From the NCBI GenBank assembly GCA_043719385.1, contig JAYSTY010000474.1:1-59637 (forward strand): a stretch of 59,637 nt of DNA. The letters are read 5' to 3'. Position numbers and translations under genes: made by a program. Positions 35,775 through 45,511 of the stretch are shown here, piece after piece (the stretch's first letter is position 1; each line of letters opens with the position of its first letter). The DNA comes from Blastocatellia bacterium (lineage in GTDB: Bacteria > Acidobacteriota > Blastocatellia > RBC074). A model generated the notes under the pieces. The model saw only the letters and a program-made list of their open reading frames with translations, made no database searches and was not told the origin of the DNA.

Positions 35775-36722
35775 GTGAATCGTTTACAAGTATTTTCTGG
35801 CAATGCTAATCGTCCACTGGCGGAAGAAATCTGCCAGTATTTAGGTATCCCGTTAGGGCGTGCCAATACTACGCGTTTCCCGGACGGTGAATTTAATTTT
35901 CAGATCCTTGAAAATGTGCGTGGTAGTCACGTTTTTATCGTGCAACCGACCTGCCCGCCGGTAGACACAAATTTGATGGAGTTGCTGATTATGATTGATG
36001 CTTTCAGTCGTTCGTCGGCTGATCGTATCACGGCAGTAATTCCTTATTATGGTTACGGACGCGGAGACAAAAAAGATAAACCGCGCATTGCGATTTCGGC
36101 TAAGCTGGTCGCCAATTTGATTACGACTGCCGGAGCGGATCGCGTTCTGGCCGTTGATTTGCACGCGCCGCAAATTCAGGGTTTCTTTGATATTCCGTTC
36201 GATCACCTGTTCGCTTCACCTGTGATGATTGAGTATTTTACGAAGCAGCAGATTGAAAATTTAGTGGTAGTTGCACCTGATCCTGGCGGGGCGGAAAGAG
36301 CCAGAGCCTATGCCAAACGGCTGAACGCGGATTTTGCGATTGTTGACAAACGCCGCGATAAATCCAAGCCCGGACATGCCGAAGCCGAAATAATGAATGT
36401 GATTGGCAAGGTTGAAGGGCGCAATGTGCTGATTGTGGATGATATGGCGGACACTGCCGGCACGTTGACGAAAGTTGCCGAAGCGTTAAAAAAAGAGGGC
36501 GCGAAAAGTATTGTTGCCAGTTGCGTCCACGCGGTGCTTTCTGGCAATGCGATAGAAAGAATTGCTAAATCTCCGCTGGAGAAAGTCGTGATTACTAATT
36601 CCGTACCAGCGGAAAAGGCCTATGCTTCTACACAATATGAATGTCTGAGCATTGCGCCAGTACTTGCCGAAGCAATCAAATCAATTCACGATGAAACTTC
36701 GGTCAGCCGATTGTTTATTTGA
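35775..36722 (+). CDS. prs: ribose-phosphate pyrophosphokinase
   Basis: LQVFSGNANRPLAEEI...RFPDGEFNFQILENVRGSHVFIVQPTCPP, and DDMADTAGT (PRPP loop). GTG 35775 was chosen by alignment to the E. coli Prs N-terminus. The ORF track gives 35742. Confidence 0.88.
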   Translation: MNRLQVFSGNANRPLAEEICQYLGIPLGRANTTRFPDGEFNFQILENVRGSHVFIVQPTCPPVDTNLMELLIMIDAFSRSSADRITAVIPYYGYGRGDKKDKPRIAISAKLVANLITTAGADRVLAVDLHAPQIQGFFDIPFDHLFASPVMIEYFTKQQIENLVVVAPDPGGAERARAYAKRLNADFAIVDKRRDKSKPGHAEAEIMNVIGKVEGRNVLIVDDMADTAGTLTKVAEALKKEGAKSIVASCVHAVLSGNAIERIAKSPLEKVVITNSVPAEKAYASTQYECLSIAPVLAEAIKSIHDETSVSRLFI

Positions 36723-36745
36723 GTTTTTAGTTGGGAGTTACGTTT

Positions 36746-37384
36746 ATGAGTATTGATACAAGTATTTCCTTGAATGCCCAGCCGCGCACTGCTAATGGTG
36801 GCAATGCGGCCGGTCGTTTGCGTCGGGCAGGATTCATCCCTGTGACAATTTATGGCGGCGGACAGGGCGCTGTGGTCGCCTCAGTTAACCGCCGGGAACT
36901 GGGAGTTTTGATTCGCGCCCACGGTCGCCATGCAATTATTACGCTGAATTTCGATGGCGTCGCCGCTCCGGTAAAGATTTCCGAGATGCAACTTGACCCG
37001 GTCAAAAGTGCGGTCAGGCATCTCGACCTGCAAAGAATTTCGCTGACCGAAAGATCAGAATTTGAAGTTGATCTGAAAATTGTCGGCGAGTCGGAAGGCG
37101 TAAAAATCGGTGGCGGTATTCTGGATGTGGTAGCGCATAAAATTAAGCTGCGCTGTTTGCCTGGTGATTTACCCGAACATTTTGATGTTGACGTGACCGC
37201 GCTGGGGCTTGGGCAACATTTTCGCGCGGGTGAGATCAGCCTTGATCCTGATAAATTCCAGCTTGTGACGGATGCCGATGCGATTATAGTGAATGTGGTC
37301 GCTCCGAAGACAGAAGAAGTTGTCGCTGAAGCGGCGGTAGCTGAGCCGGAAGTGATTAAGAAGGGCAAGGACGATAAGAAGTAA
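36746..37384 (+). CDS. rplY: 50S ribosomal protein L25/general stress protein Ctc
   Basis: Two-domain Ctc-type L25: GRLRRAGFIPVTIYGG, then PVKSAVRHLDLQRI. The ATG at 36746 follows GGGAG. Confidence 0.88.
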   Translation: MSIDTSISLNAQPRTANGGNAAGRLRRAGFIPVTIYGGGQGAVVASVNRRELGVLIRAHGRHAIITLNFDGVAAPVKISEMQLDPVKSAVRHLDLQRISLTERSEFEVDLKIVGESEGVKIGGGILDVVAHKIKLRCLPGDLPEHFDVDVTALGLGQHFRAGEISLDPDKFQLVTDADAIIVNVVAPKTEEVVAEAAVAEPEVIKKGKDDKK

Positions 37385-37395
37385 TACGGTTGTTC

Positions 37396-37953
37396 ATGTT
37401 TCTGATTGTCGGCTTAGGCAACCCGGGTGAAAAGTATGAGCGAACGCGCCATAACTGTGGTTTTTTTGTCGTTGATGAATTAGCGCGTCGCAATGCAAAA
37501 ACTATCCGAGTTGCTGAGTGCCAGGCGCTGAGTGCCAAAGTTATGCTGGCGGGCAAAGATGTTTTACTTGTCAAACCGCAAACTTTCATGAATTTGAGTG
37601 GAGTTGCGGTTGTGGCTTTGATGAAGAAGCATGAAATCAACGCGGCTGACATTTTGATAATTAGTGATGATGTGGCTTTGCCGCTGGGACAAATTCGCCT
37701 GCGCCGTGAAGGCAGCGCGGGTGGGCAGAACGGCCTGAAATCAATCATCAAAGAAATTGGGACGCAACAGTTTCCGCGTTTGCGGATTGGGATTGCGTCG
37801 GATCATCCGATCAAAAATCTTTCAGACTTTGTGCTGAGCGAATTTAGTAAAACTGAGCGCCCTGTTCTGGCAGAAACAATTTTGCAGGCTGCGGATGCAG
37901 TCGAAGTTATTTTAACCAATGGCATTGCCGAAGCGATGTCCAGATTTAATTGA
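37396..37953 (+). CDS. pth: peptidyl-tRNA hydrolase
   Basis: LIVGLGNPGEKYERTRHNCGF, and GSAGGQNGLKSI. Confidence 0.92.
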   Translation: MFLIVGLGNPGEKYERTRHNCGFFVVDELARRNAKTIRVAECQALSAKVMLAGKDVLLVKPQTFMNLSGVAVVALMKKHEINAADILIISDDVALPLGQIRLRREGSAGGQNGLKSIIKEIGTQQFPRLRIGIASDHPIKNLSDFVLSEFSKTERPVLAETILQAADAVEVILTNGIAEAMSRFN

Positions 37954-38030
37954 ATGATAATCTTTTATCATTCTCTCCTTGCTCGAACCTGTCATCGTTC
38001 GGGCTGGCTAAATCCATAAGGAGGATTAGT

Positions 38031-38453
38031 TTGAGAACCTACGAAATAGTTTTCATCGCGGCTCCTAATACGACCGAAGATGATTTAAATAAACTCAATT
38101 CACAACTTGAGCACATTGTTGCTGACTTAGGTGGCACAATCACCAAAACGGATGTTTGGGGACGGCGTAAGCTTGCTTACAATATTGAAAAACATGACGA
38201 AGGGATTTATGTTGTCCTTTATATCGAAGGCAGCGGTAAGGAAATTGCTGAAGTCGAGCGCCGCTTACGGGTTAACGATTTAGTGATTCGTTATATGACC
38301 GTTCGCACTGATGAGGACATCAAGCGTGCCGCGAAATTGAAAGCACGTCGTAAGACGAGTTCAGTTCCCACGGTTGCCGGAGACTCTGATCCCGAAGGTG
38401 ATATGGATGATGAAGACGATGATCCGCCAGTGGATGATCCGCCACCTAATTAG
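38031..38453 (+). CDS. rpsF: 30S ribosomal protein S6 with acidic C-terminal tail
   Basis: (L/M)RTYEIVFIAAPN...WGRRKLAYNI. The TTG start at 38031 lies 6 nt after AAGGAGG. The ORF-track start 37950 overlaps the pth stop. Confidence 0.88.
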   Translation: MRTYEIVFIAAPNTTEDDLNKLNSQLEHIVADLGGTITKTDVWGRRKLAYNIEKHDEGIYVVLYIEGSGKEIAEVERRLRVNDLVIRYMTVRTDEDIKRAAKLKARRKTSSVPTVAGDSDPEGDMDDEDDDPPVDDPPPN

Positions 38454-38559
38454 TGGGCAGAGAGGGCAGACTATTTAAGCTTTTAGCCTGAATATTCCCT
38501 CGCAACCAGCAACAGTTCAGACTGAAATTATTGATTTGAATTATTTGAAGGAAACAACA

Positions 38560-38844
38560 ATGCCAAGAATGAATGACAGAAATGATTCGACAGCCAGAAG
38601 GTCTCCCTCCAATGGGGGCGGCGGTGGGGGCAATGGTCGCCGTCGTCGCAGTTCCAAGCTGTCGGCAGAAAAAATTGATTATATTGATTACAAAGACTAT
38701 AAAATGCTGCAATCTTTCCTGACCGAAAACGGCAAGATTCTGCCAGCACGTCTTTCCGGCGTCAGCGCCCTGCAACAACGCAAAGTAGCTGAGGCAATCA
38801 AGCGGGCACGCATTATTGCGCTCCTGCCTTATGTCCAGGCCTAA
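38560..38844 (+). CDS. rpsR: 30S ribosomal protein S18 with Gly/Arg-rich N-terminal extension
   Basis: [53 protein letters not shown]. Confidence 0.9.
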   Translation: MPRMNDRNDSTARRSPSNGGGGGGNGRRRRSSKLSAEKIDYIDYKDYKMLQSFLTENGKILPARLSGVSALQQRKVAEAIKRARIIALLPYVQA

Positions 38845-38875
38845 GCGCAGGCGTCACAGTTAAGGAGTTTTAGTT

Positions 38876-39331
38876 ATGCAAATGGAGCTTTTATTACGTG
38901 AAGACGTAGAGCATTTGGGATTGCGTGGCGAATTAGTCAAGGTGCGTCCCGGTTACGGTCGCAATTTCCTGCTGCCGCGTGGGCTGGCAGTACAGGCGAC
39001 GAACGCCAATATCAAAGCGATCAGCAAACAGCGTGATTCTTTGCTGAAAAAAGTAGCGGCAGATAAATCAGCGGCTGAGGCGCAAGCCGCACTCATTCAA
39101 TCCATCAAGCTCGAATTCGTGCGCAAAGTCGGCGAACACGGCGTGTTATATGGTTCCGTGACCTCCATGGATATTGCTGAAGCCGTCGCCGCCAAAGGCT
39201 TTGAACTGGATCGGAAGAAAATTCAACTGGCTGATCCCATCAAAGAAATCGGCGAATTTGAAATTCCGGTTAAGCTGCACCGTGAAGTAACTGCGAACCT
39301 CAAAATCGTCGTCAAAAAAGAAGAAGTCTAA
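38876..39331 (+). CDS. rplI: 50S ribosomal protein L9
   Basis: MELLLREDVEHLGLRGELVKVRPGYGRNFLLPRGLAV. Confidence 0.92.
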   Translation: MQMELLLREDVEHLGLRGELVKVRPGYGRNFLLPRGLAVQATNANIKAISKQRDSLLKKVAADKSAAEAQAALIQSIKLEFVRKVGEHGVLYGSVTSMDIAEAVAAKGFELDRKKIQLADPIKEIGEFEIPVKLHREVTANLKIVVKKEEV

Positions 39332-39365
39332 ATCCGATCTGGATAATTTTCGCCATCTTTGAGAT

Positions 39366-39409
39366 AGCGGAGCGCCGAGCGAACCCTGCTCAAGCTCCGC
39401 TCTTTTCTT
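39366..39409 (+). terminator. candidate rho-independent terminator after rplI
   Basis: agcggagc (39366-39373) pairs with gctccgct (39394-39401), followed by cttttctt. The loop is long at 20 nt but has internal gagc/gctc pairing. Confidence 0.45.
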
Positions 39410-39430
39410 GCGGGCTAATGTGAGGCAAAC

Positions 39431-39736
39431 GTGATGACTGATGCAATCATCTGGATCGGTGCCTTGATTGTCGTGGCACTGATGTTTTGGTCAGTGCTTT
39501 ACGAACAGCGTAAGCGGGCGCGCATGACCGATGAAGAATATCAAAAACATGCCCGTGAAGAACGTGGCCTGGTTAGTCAGGGAATGATGGCGTTAGATCA
39601 AATTGCATTTCGTCCGCAGGCGAAAGCCGCCATCGAATATCAGCAGGATAAAAAGCAGGGGCAAACTCCTGATCATCAGGTGGCAGGAGAAAAGCTTGTC
39701 GCCGATGATTATCAGGCGTCAGATGACACCAGGTAA
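39431..39736 (+). CDS. small hypothetical membrane protein
   Basis: GTG start, one N-terminal TM helix (AIIWIGALIVVALMFWSVL), and a charged tail. Confidence 0.5.
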   Translation: MMTDAIIWIGALIVVALMFWSVLYEQRKRARMTDEEYQKHAREERGLVSQGMMALDQIAFRPQAKAAIEYQQDKKQGQTPDHQVAGEKLVADDYQASDDTR

Positions 39737-39808
39737 CGCCGTTTTCCCGTGTCTGTTTTGAGCGGTAAAAATCCGCTCAATTACCTTCCACTTACTACTG
39801 CACAACCA

Positions 39809-42649
39809 ATGGCAAAGGATTCACCTTTTGACCGAGCATTACCGAGCAATATTGAGGCTGAGCGTTCCATCCTCGGTGCAGTGCTGCTCGACAATCAAAC
39901 GATCAACCAGGCGGCGGAAATGTTGCGGCGCGATGATTTCTTTCTCGACTCGCACCGCCGCATCTTCGACAAAATGCTCCTGTTGATGGAGCAGGGCCGC
40001 GCGATTGATCCCATTACCTTGCAGGACGCACTTAAAAATGCCGGCGACCTGGAAATGATTGGTGGAGCCGCCTTCATCGCTGCCTTAATTGATGGGGTTC
40101 CGCGCTTTTCCAACATCGAAGAGTATTGCCGCATCGTCAAAGGCAAATCCATTGTCCGCAAATTAATTACGACCTCGAATCAGATCATGAATCGCTGTTT
40201 CGATGCCGAAGACACACCGGATGTTTTGCTTGACGAAGCCGAACGCTCAATCCTGGCGATTGCTGAAGACCGCATCAGACAAGGTTTCGTCCCCATCAGC
40301 GAAGTCGCTCATAAACAACTTCAGCACATCGAAGAAATCGCCGGGCGCGAGCAATTAGTTACCGGGATTGCGACGGGTTTTCGTGATTTGGATTATATGA
40401 CTTCTGGTTTGCAGCGGGGCGATTTGATTATCGTGGCTGCCAGGCCGTCAATGGGGAAATGTTTGGCGTATGATGCAGAAATTGTCCTGGCTGATGGCAG
40501 CATTGTCACGATTCAGGAGCTTTATCAGAGGAAAGCCGCGCATTTATTAACGTTGCATAATAATTGGAAACTAGGCTTTACAGCGCCCAGCGCCTTTATT
40601 GATGATGGCATCAAACCTGTTTTCAAAGTTACGACCAAATTAGGGCGGACAGTTGAATCCACGATCACGCATCCGTTTTTGACGTTTGATGGCTGGCGAA
40701 AATTAGGCGAATTAAAAGCGGGCGATAAAATTGCGGTTCCGCGTGAAATAAATATTTTCGGGCAAGCTCAGCTTAGTGACAATCAAATTAAAATTCTTGC
40801 CTACCTGATTGGTGATGGATGCCTGACACAACAAGCGCCAAATTTTACGAATACAAACGCAGCGATTCAGTCTGATTATGCGCAAGCCGTAGCTGAATTT
40901 CCTGGCCTAAAATTGCGCAAGGCTGTTTCGCATTCTGGCGCGCCTTCTTTTTTTGCGACAGGAGATTTGGATTTTATTCGTGCCGGACGAAAAATATTTG
41001 CGGAACGGTTGCGTGCCATTTTTTCGACTAAGCCGCGTGGCACAAAGCGGCAATTAGCACTCTATTTGGGAATTAGCGCTGCGCTGATTGAGTCCTGGCT
41101 CAAAGCTGAATCGGTGCCAGCACCAGAAGTTTTCAAGCGGCTTTGTCAGACACTAAATAAAAATCCTAATGAACTCGCACCTGATGGCTTAGCTGCCATT
41201 AGAAAGAGCAGTAAAAATTCTTTGACCTTATGGCTTGAAGCGCTTGGGCTATGGGGCAAAAACGCACATCAGAAAACGGTTCCCGCCATTGTTTTTCAGC
41301 TTCCGCGCCCACAAATTGCTTTGTTTCTCAATCGCTTGTTCGCCACAGATGGATGGGTTGCGATTACAGGCGATTACCTCGCGCAAGTTGGCTATGCAAC
41401 TGTCAGCGAAAAATTAGCCCGACAAATTCAGCATTTATTATTACGGTTTGGCATTATCGCAAAGCTGCGCCAGCGGCAAGTAAAATACAAAGAATTAAGG
41501 CGCTCTTCGTGGCAACTTGATATTACGCACGCCGATTCAATTCGGCACTTAGCCGCTGAAATTGGCATCTTCAGCAAAGAAGAAAAGCTGACACGTGCCC
41601 TGCAAATTCTCACCAGAGAGCAAAATCGCACGAACCGGGATTTGATTCCAATGCCAGTTTGGAATCAGCTTGCACAAGCAAAAGGTCGCTCTTCCTGGGC
41701 GACACTCGCCAAAAGTGCAGGGATCAAAGGCCATGCCAATATTCACGTCGGCAAACGCGAAATGCCGCGCCAAAAGTTACAAACTTTCGCTGAGGTTTTG
41801 GACAATCAAACGCTGCGTGAAATTGCGACCAGCGATCTCTATTGGGATGAAATTGTTGCCATTGAATTCGTCGGCGAAAAACAGGTTTACGATTTAACGA
41901 TTCCGCAAACGCATAATTTTGTCGCCAATGATATTTGCGTTCACAATACTGCCTTCTGCCTCAATATCGCGCAAAACGCGGCTCTGCGACAACAGCATAA
42001 CGGCGAAAAAGCTATCGTCGGAATCTTCTCGCTGGAAATGAGTAAAGAGCAACTTGTTCAGCGCATGCTTTGTTCACAGGCTCGCATTGATGCGCATCGG
42101 CTGCGGACTGGCATGCTCAGTAAAGAGGACTGGCGTCACCTGGCGATGGGCGTGAGCGAACTAGCCGAAGCGCGAATTTTTCTGGATGACACGCCCGCCA
42201 TTAATGTCCTGGAAATGCGTGCCAAAGTCCGCCGCTTAAAAAACGAACAGCGCGGGCTGGACATGATTATCGTGGATTATTTGCAGTTGATGAGTGGGAA
42301 AGGCAGAACCGAATCCCGCCAGCAGGAAGTCTCGCAAATCTCGCGTGACCTGAAAGCGATTGCCAAAGAAATGAATGTGCCGGTGATTGCGCTCTCACAA
42401 CTTTCACGCGCCGTCGAATCGCGTTCTGACCATCGTCCGATGTTATCTGATTTGAGAGAAAGTGGTAGTATTGAGCAAGACGCCGACATCGTGATGTTTA
42501 TTTATCGCGAGGATGTTTACAATCCTGAAACTGAAAAACAAAACATTGCTGAAATCATTATCGGCAAACAACGCAACGGGCCAATTGGCAATGTCGAATT
42601 AGTCTTCCTGAAACAACTCACGCGCTTTGAAGATAAATATCGGGAATAA
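39809..42649 (+). CDS. dnaB: replicative DNA helicase DnaB, interrupted by an intein in the Walker A motif
   Basis: [16 protein letters not shown] at the N-terminus. ARPSMGK | intein | [12 protein letters not shown]. Then [21 protein letters not shown] and [10 protein letters not shown]. The exteins sum to about 450 aa. Confidence 0.92.
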   Translation: MAKDSPFDRALPSNIEAERSILGAVLLDNQTINQAAEMLRRDDFFLDSHRRIFDKMLLLMEQGRAIDPITLQDALKNAGDLEMIGGAAFIAALIDGVPRFSNIEEYCRIVKGKSIVRKLITTSNQIMNRCFDAEDTPDVLLDEAERSILAIAEDRIRQGFVPISEVAHKQLQHIEEIAGREQLVTGIATGFRDLDYMTSGLQRGDLIIVAARPSMGKCLAYDAEIVLADGSIVTIQELYQRKAAHLLTLHNNWKLGFTAPSAFIDDGIKPVFKVTTKLGRTVESTITHPFLTFDGWRKLGELKAGDKIAVPREINIFGQAQLSDNQIKILAYLIGDGCLTQQAPNFTNTNAAIQSDYAQAVAEFPGLKLRKAVSHSGAPSFFATGDLDFIRAGRKIFAERLRAIFSTKPRGTKRQLALYLGISAALIESWLKAESVPAPEVFKRLCQTLNKNPNELAPDGLAAIRKSSKNSLTLWLEALGLWGKNAHQKTVPAIVFQLPRPQIALFLNRLFATDGWVAITGDYLAQVGYATVSEKLARQIQHLLLRFGIIAKLRQRQVKYKELRRSSWQLDITHADSIRHLAAEIGIFSKEEKLTRALQILTREQNRTNRDLIPMPVWNQLAQAKGRSSWATLAKSAGIKGHANIHVGKREMPRQKLQTFAEVLDNQTLREIATSDLYWDEIVAIEFVGEKQVYDLTIPQTHNFVANDICVHNTAFCLNIAQNAALRQQHNGEKAIVGIFSLEMSKEQLVQRMLCSQARIDAHRLRTGMLSKEDWRHLAMGVSELAEARIFLDDTPAINVLEMRAKVRRLKNEQRGLDMIIVDYLQLMSGKGRTESRQQEVSQISRDLKAIAKEMNVPVIALSQLSRAVESRSDHRPMLSDLRESGSIEQDADIVMFIYREDVYNPETEKQNIAEIIIGKQRNGPIGNVELVFLKQLTRFEDKYRE
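40460..41947 (+). mobile_element. 496-aa intein with LAGLIDADG homing-endonuclease domain
   Basis: It starts at Cys ([13 protein letters not shown], block A). Block B is TITHPFLT. The LAGLIDADG motifs are [11 protein letters not shown] and [13 protein letters not shown]. It ends ...NDICVHN, followed by the +1 Thr that completes GK-T. Confidence 0.9.
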
Positions 42650-42680
42650 TTTTCAGCTACAATTTGCGGCTGAATTTTCT

Positions 42681-43844
42681 ATGCTGGAAGCTGTCACTCA
42701 ACCTTCGTCTTCGTCTCGTCCTGTGTGGGCTGAAATCTCGCTGCCCAACCTCCTTCACAATTACCGCACAATCAAAAAATATCTGCACGGTCAGGCGCAA
42801 TTGATGGCGGTCGTCAAAGCCAACGCCTACGGTCACGGCGCTGTGGCGTGTGCGCGTGCGCTTGAAGCCAGTGCCGATTGGTTCGGCGTGGCCTTAATTG
42901 AAGAAGGAGTCGAATTACGTGAGGCTGGAATCACGCAACCGATTTTATGTCTCGGCGGATTCTGGCACGGACAGGCCGACGCGATCATTGCGCACGATTT
43001 GACGCCCGTCATTCATCGCCTTGATCAGGCAGAAGAGTTAAATTCATCAGCCCGACAAGCAGGAAAAATTGTTAGGTATCATCTCAAAGCAGACACCGGA
43101 TTAGGTCGGCTCGGCGTGGCTTTGACTGAATTCTCTGCCTTTGTCCAGGCGCTCAGACAATTCACAAATATCAGACTTGACGGACTGATGACGCACTTTG
43201 CCGAAGCTGATGAACTTGATCCGGCTTACACAAATTTGCAAATTGAAAAATACGAAGAAGCCTTGCGCCTGGTTCATCAGGCGGGTTTCACGCCAGCCTG
43301 GCAACATCTTTCCAACAGCGCCGGAATTCATTCTCATCAAAATGCGTGGGGCAATCTCGCCCGTGCCGGAGCGACGCTGTATGGCTTCACGCGTGATGTC
43401 ATTGCGCCGCAACCTGAAGCCTTTGACGTAAAACCCGTCATGTCATTGCATGCGCGGATCGTCCATCTCAAAACCGTGAGCGCAGGCACGCCGCTCGGTT
43501 ATGGTCGCACTTTTATCACGAATCGGGAAAGCCGCATCGCTACGTTACCAATTGGTTATGCTGATGGTTTGCGCCGCGCTCATTCAAATAATGGGCGCGT
43601 AATTGTCAATGGTAAGTTCGCGCCAATCGTTGGGCGGATCAGTATGGATTTGACGCTGGTGGATGTCACCGATGTGTCCGGCGTGAAATTAGACGACGAC
43701 GTGATTTTATTGGGTGAACAAGCTGGCCTGCGAATTTCAGCCGAAGATTTAGCCGCCCGGATTGGCACAATCTCTTACGAAATTGCGTGTGGTATTTCTG
43801 CGCGTGTGCCGCGCAGGTTTTTGAATGATGGAACAATGATATGA
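42681..43844 (+). CDS. alr: alanine racemase
   Basis: [11 protein letters not shown] (PLP-lysine motif), and PIGYADG near the C-terminus. The start is set at MLEAVTQ. Confidence 0.9.
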   Translation: MLEAVTQPSSSSRPVWAEISLPNLLHNYRTIKKYLHGQAQLMAVVKANAYGHGAVACARALEASADWFGVALIEEGVELREAGITQPILCLGGFWHGQADAIIAHDLTPVIHRLDQAEELNSSARQAGKIVRYHLKADTGLGRLGVALTEFSAFVQALRQFTNIRLDGLMTHFAEADELDPAYTNLQIEKYEEALRLVHQAGFTPAWQHLSNSAGIHSHQNAWGNLARAGATLYGFTRDVIAPQPEAFDVKPVMSLHARIVHLKTVSAGTPLGYGRTFITNRESRIATLPIGYADGLRRAHSNNGRVIVNGKFAPIVGRISMDLTLVDVTDVSGVKLDDDVILLGEQAGLRISAEDLAARIGTISYEIACGISARVPRRFLNDGTMI

Positions 43845-43880
43845 TGGAGCAGCGAAATCTTTCAATTAGAGGAGCGAGTT

Positions 43881-44123
43881 ATGCAAAACATTGATGTTAG
43901 TCAGGCGCAGGCATTGCTTCCGAGTTTGTTGGAGGCAGTCTTCAAAAAAGGTGATGAAATTATTTTTACACAAAACGAACAGCCTATCGCCAAACTTTCG
44001 TCGGTAAATAAAATCAATGTCACAAAAGCGAGTCGTTGGGAACCAGGTAGTGCCAGGGGGCTGGTCACAATAAGAGAAGATTTCGATGATCCAATTGTGG
44101 ATTTTGCGGAGTATCTGCCATGA
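43881..44123 (+). CDS. type II antitoxin (Phd/YefM-like N-terminus, VapB partner)
   Basis: 80 aa with a 4-nt ATGA overlap with the downstream PIN gene and a C-terminal GSARGLVTIREDFDDPIVDF motif common in VapB-type antitoxins. Confidence 0.75.
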   Translation: MQNIDVSQAQALLPSLLEAVFKKGDEIIFTQNEQPIAKLSSVNKINVTKASRWEPGSARGLVTIREDFDDPIVDFAEYLP

Positions 44124-44509
44124 AAGTATTGTTGGATACGCACGCACTCCTTTGGTTTGTCGAAAATTCATCCAATCTTTCAAAATATTCCTGCGATTTA
44201 ATCTCTGACGAAAGTACACAACGTTTCGTCAGTATCGTCAGTTTGTGGGAAATTACAATCAAACACAGTTTAGGAAGGTTGCCGCTTGCTTTGCCTCTTG
44301 AGGAATTTATCGCTACGCACGTCCCCGAAGATAAAGTAACGCTATTACCGATTTCTGTTCCTCATCTTCTTACTTTTGCGAATTTACCCTGGCATCATCG
44401 TGACCCGTTTGATCGCATCCTTGTCGCTCAGGCAATCAGTGAAAATATTCCCATTATCAGTGTTGATAATGCTCTTGATGCTTATCCCGTCCAGCGCCTT
44501 TGGGATTAG
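44120..44509 (+). CDS. vapC: PIN-domain toxin VapC
   Basis: MKVLLDTHALLWF, SIVSLWEI, and HHRDPFDRILVAQA (PIN acidic residues). Confidence 0.85.
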   Translation: MKVLLDTHALLWFVENSSNLSKYSCDLISDESTQRFVSIVSLWEITIKHSLGRLPLALPLEEFIATHVPEDKVTLLPISVPHLLTFANLPWHHRDPFDRILVAQAISENIPIISVDNALDAYPVQRLWD

Positions 44510-45366
44510 CTTTTAGGCCATTCAGTTTTTGCGCGAAAATTATATGGGAGAAAGTGCTGATTAATCGTCGCATTATTCCACCGCGTAACTTTCGCCATTT
44601 TCGTTTTATTCAGCAAAATCAACGGCTCCAAATAACGAGAAAAATTTATAAAATCGTTCCAGCTTCCATTGAATTTCTGCGGCCAGCCAAACCTGATACT
44701 GAGCGGATGATTCTGCATTCGCGTTCCCTGACGGAGCTGCTTAAAGGTACTTTCGTTGTACTGTTTCAGCGTCACGCTCACATTATTTTGCAGCACAGTC
44801 ATCTCTTCCCAACCGACCAATAACGAACCGTGCTTGCCCCATTGCACATTCACGCGGGGACGCATTTCGTGAATACGGGCGTCACGCAAAGCCGCTTCGT
44901 TACCTTCTAAAATGTGTCCGTGAAAATACGTCCAGATTTTTTCGAGCGATTTTTTGTCCGGCGAATATTGCGCCCAAATCAATTCGTGATCGCTCGGATC
45001 GTTGTCTTCAGGAAAATCAATATCGTCCGCCCAAAAGAAATGATACGCAATCAGGCGTTCGGTCGGATGAAGGATCACCGCAAAATCTTTGAGCGGAAAA
45101 AATTCTTGCGCGTGTGTATAAAGGCGCGGCGCAAACGTGCGCACAAGCTTCCATTCTGAAACCGTCAAATCACGCGGCGGGTCAAGCTTCAACGTCTGCG
45201 CATATTCGCGGCTCATATCGTCAAGGCAACGACGATTATGAAAATCATAGCCGCGTAGCTGATGCGCTTCGGCGGTATCTTCCGTTTGCGCTCTGAGGTT
45301 GACGTTTAAAAGCAGAATGAAAAGTACGGCAATTACACTGCGAGTTTTGTTAGTCAATGCTTGCAT
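44506..45366 (-). CDS. hypothetical secreted protein
   Basis: The ATG at 45366 follows GGGAGG. The signal peptide is ...VIAVLFILLLNVNLRAQ. Its stop codon overlaps the vapC stop (TTAG). No family recognised. Confidence 0.6.
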   Translation of the reverse strand: MQALTNKTRSVIAVLFILLLNVNLRAQTEDTAEAHQLRGYDFHNRRCLDDMSREYAQTLKLDPPRDLTVSEWKLVRTFAPRLYTHAQEFFPLKDFAVILHPTERLIAYHFFWADDIDFPEDNDPSDHELIWAQYSPDKKSLEKIWTYFHGHILEGNEAALRDARIHEMRPRVNVQWGKHGSLLVGWEEMTVLQNNVSVTLKQYNESTFKQLRQGTRMQNHPLSIRFGWPQKFNGSWNDFINFSRYLEPLILLNKTKMAKVTRWNNATINQHFLPYNFRAKTEWPKS

Positions 45367-45511
45367 CAAGCCTCCCATCTCATAAAAGTCAGATATTTTC
45401 TTTGTCATGCGTAGCCAAATGAATTGTGGCGCAGGCAAAAACAATTTATCATCACGTTTCCGATTCTTAGCCCTGACATTGTAAATAAATTCTGATCGTT
45501 GCAGAAAAAAG

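Noticed and set aside
36850-37751. Antisense ORFs 36850..37368 (172 aa) and 37356..37751 (131 aa)
   Set aside because: They lie opposite rplY and pth, both of which have unambiguous homology. The Ser/Thr/Pro/Ala-rich translations are typical of antisense frames.
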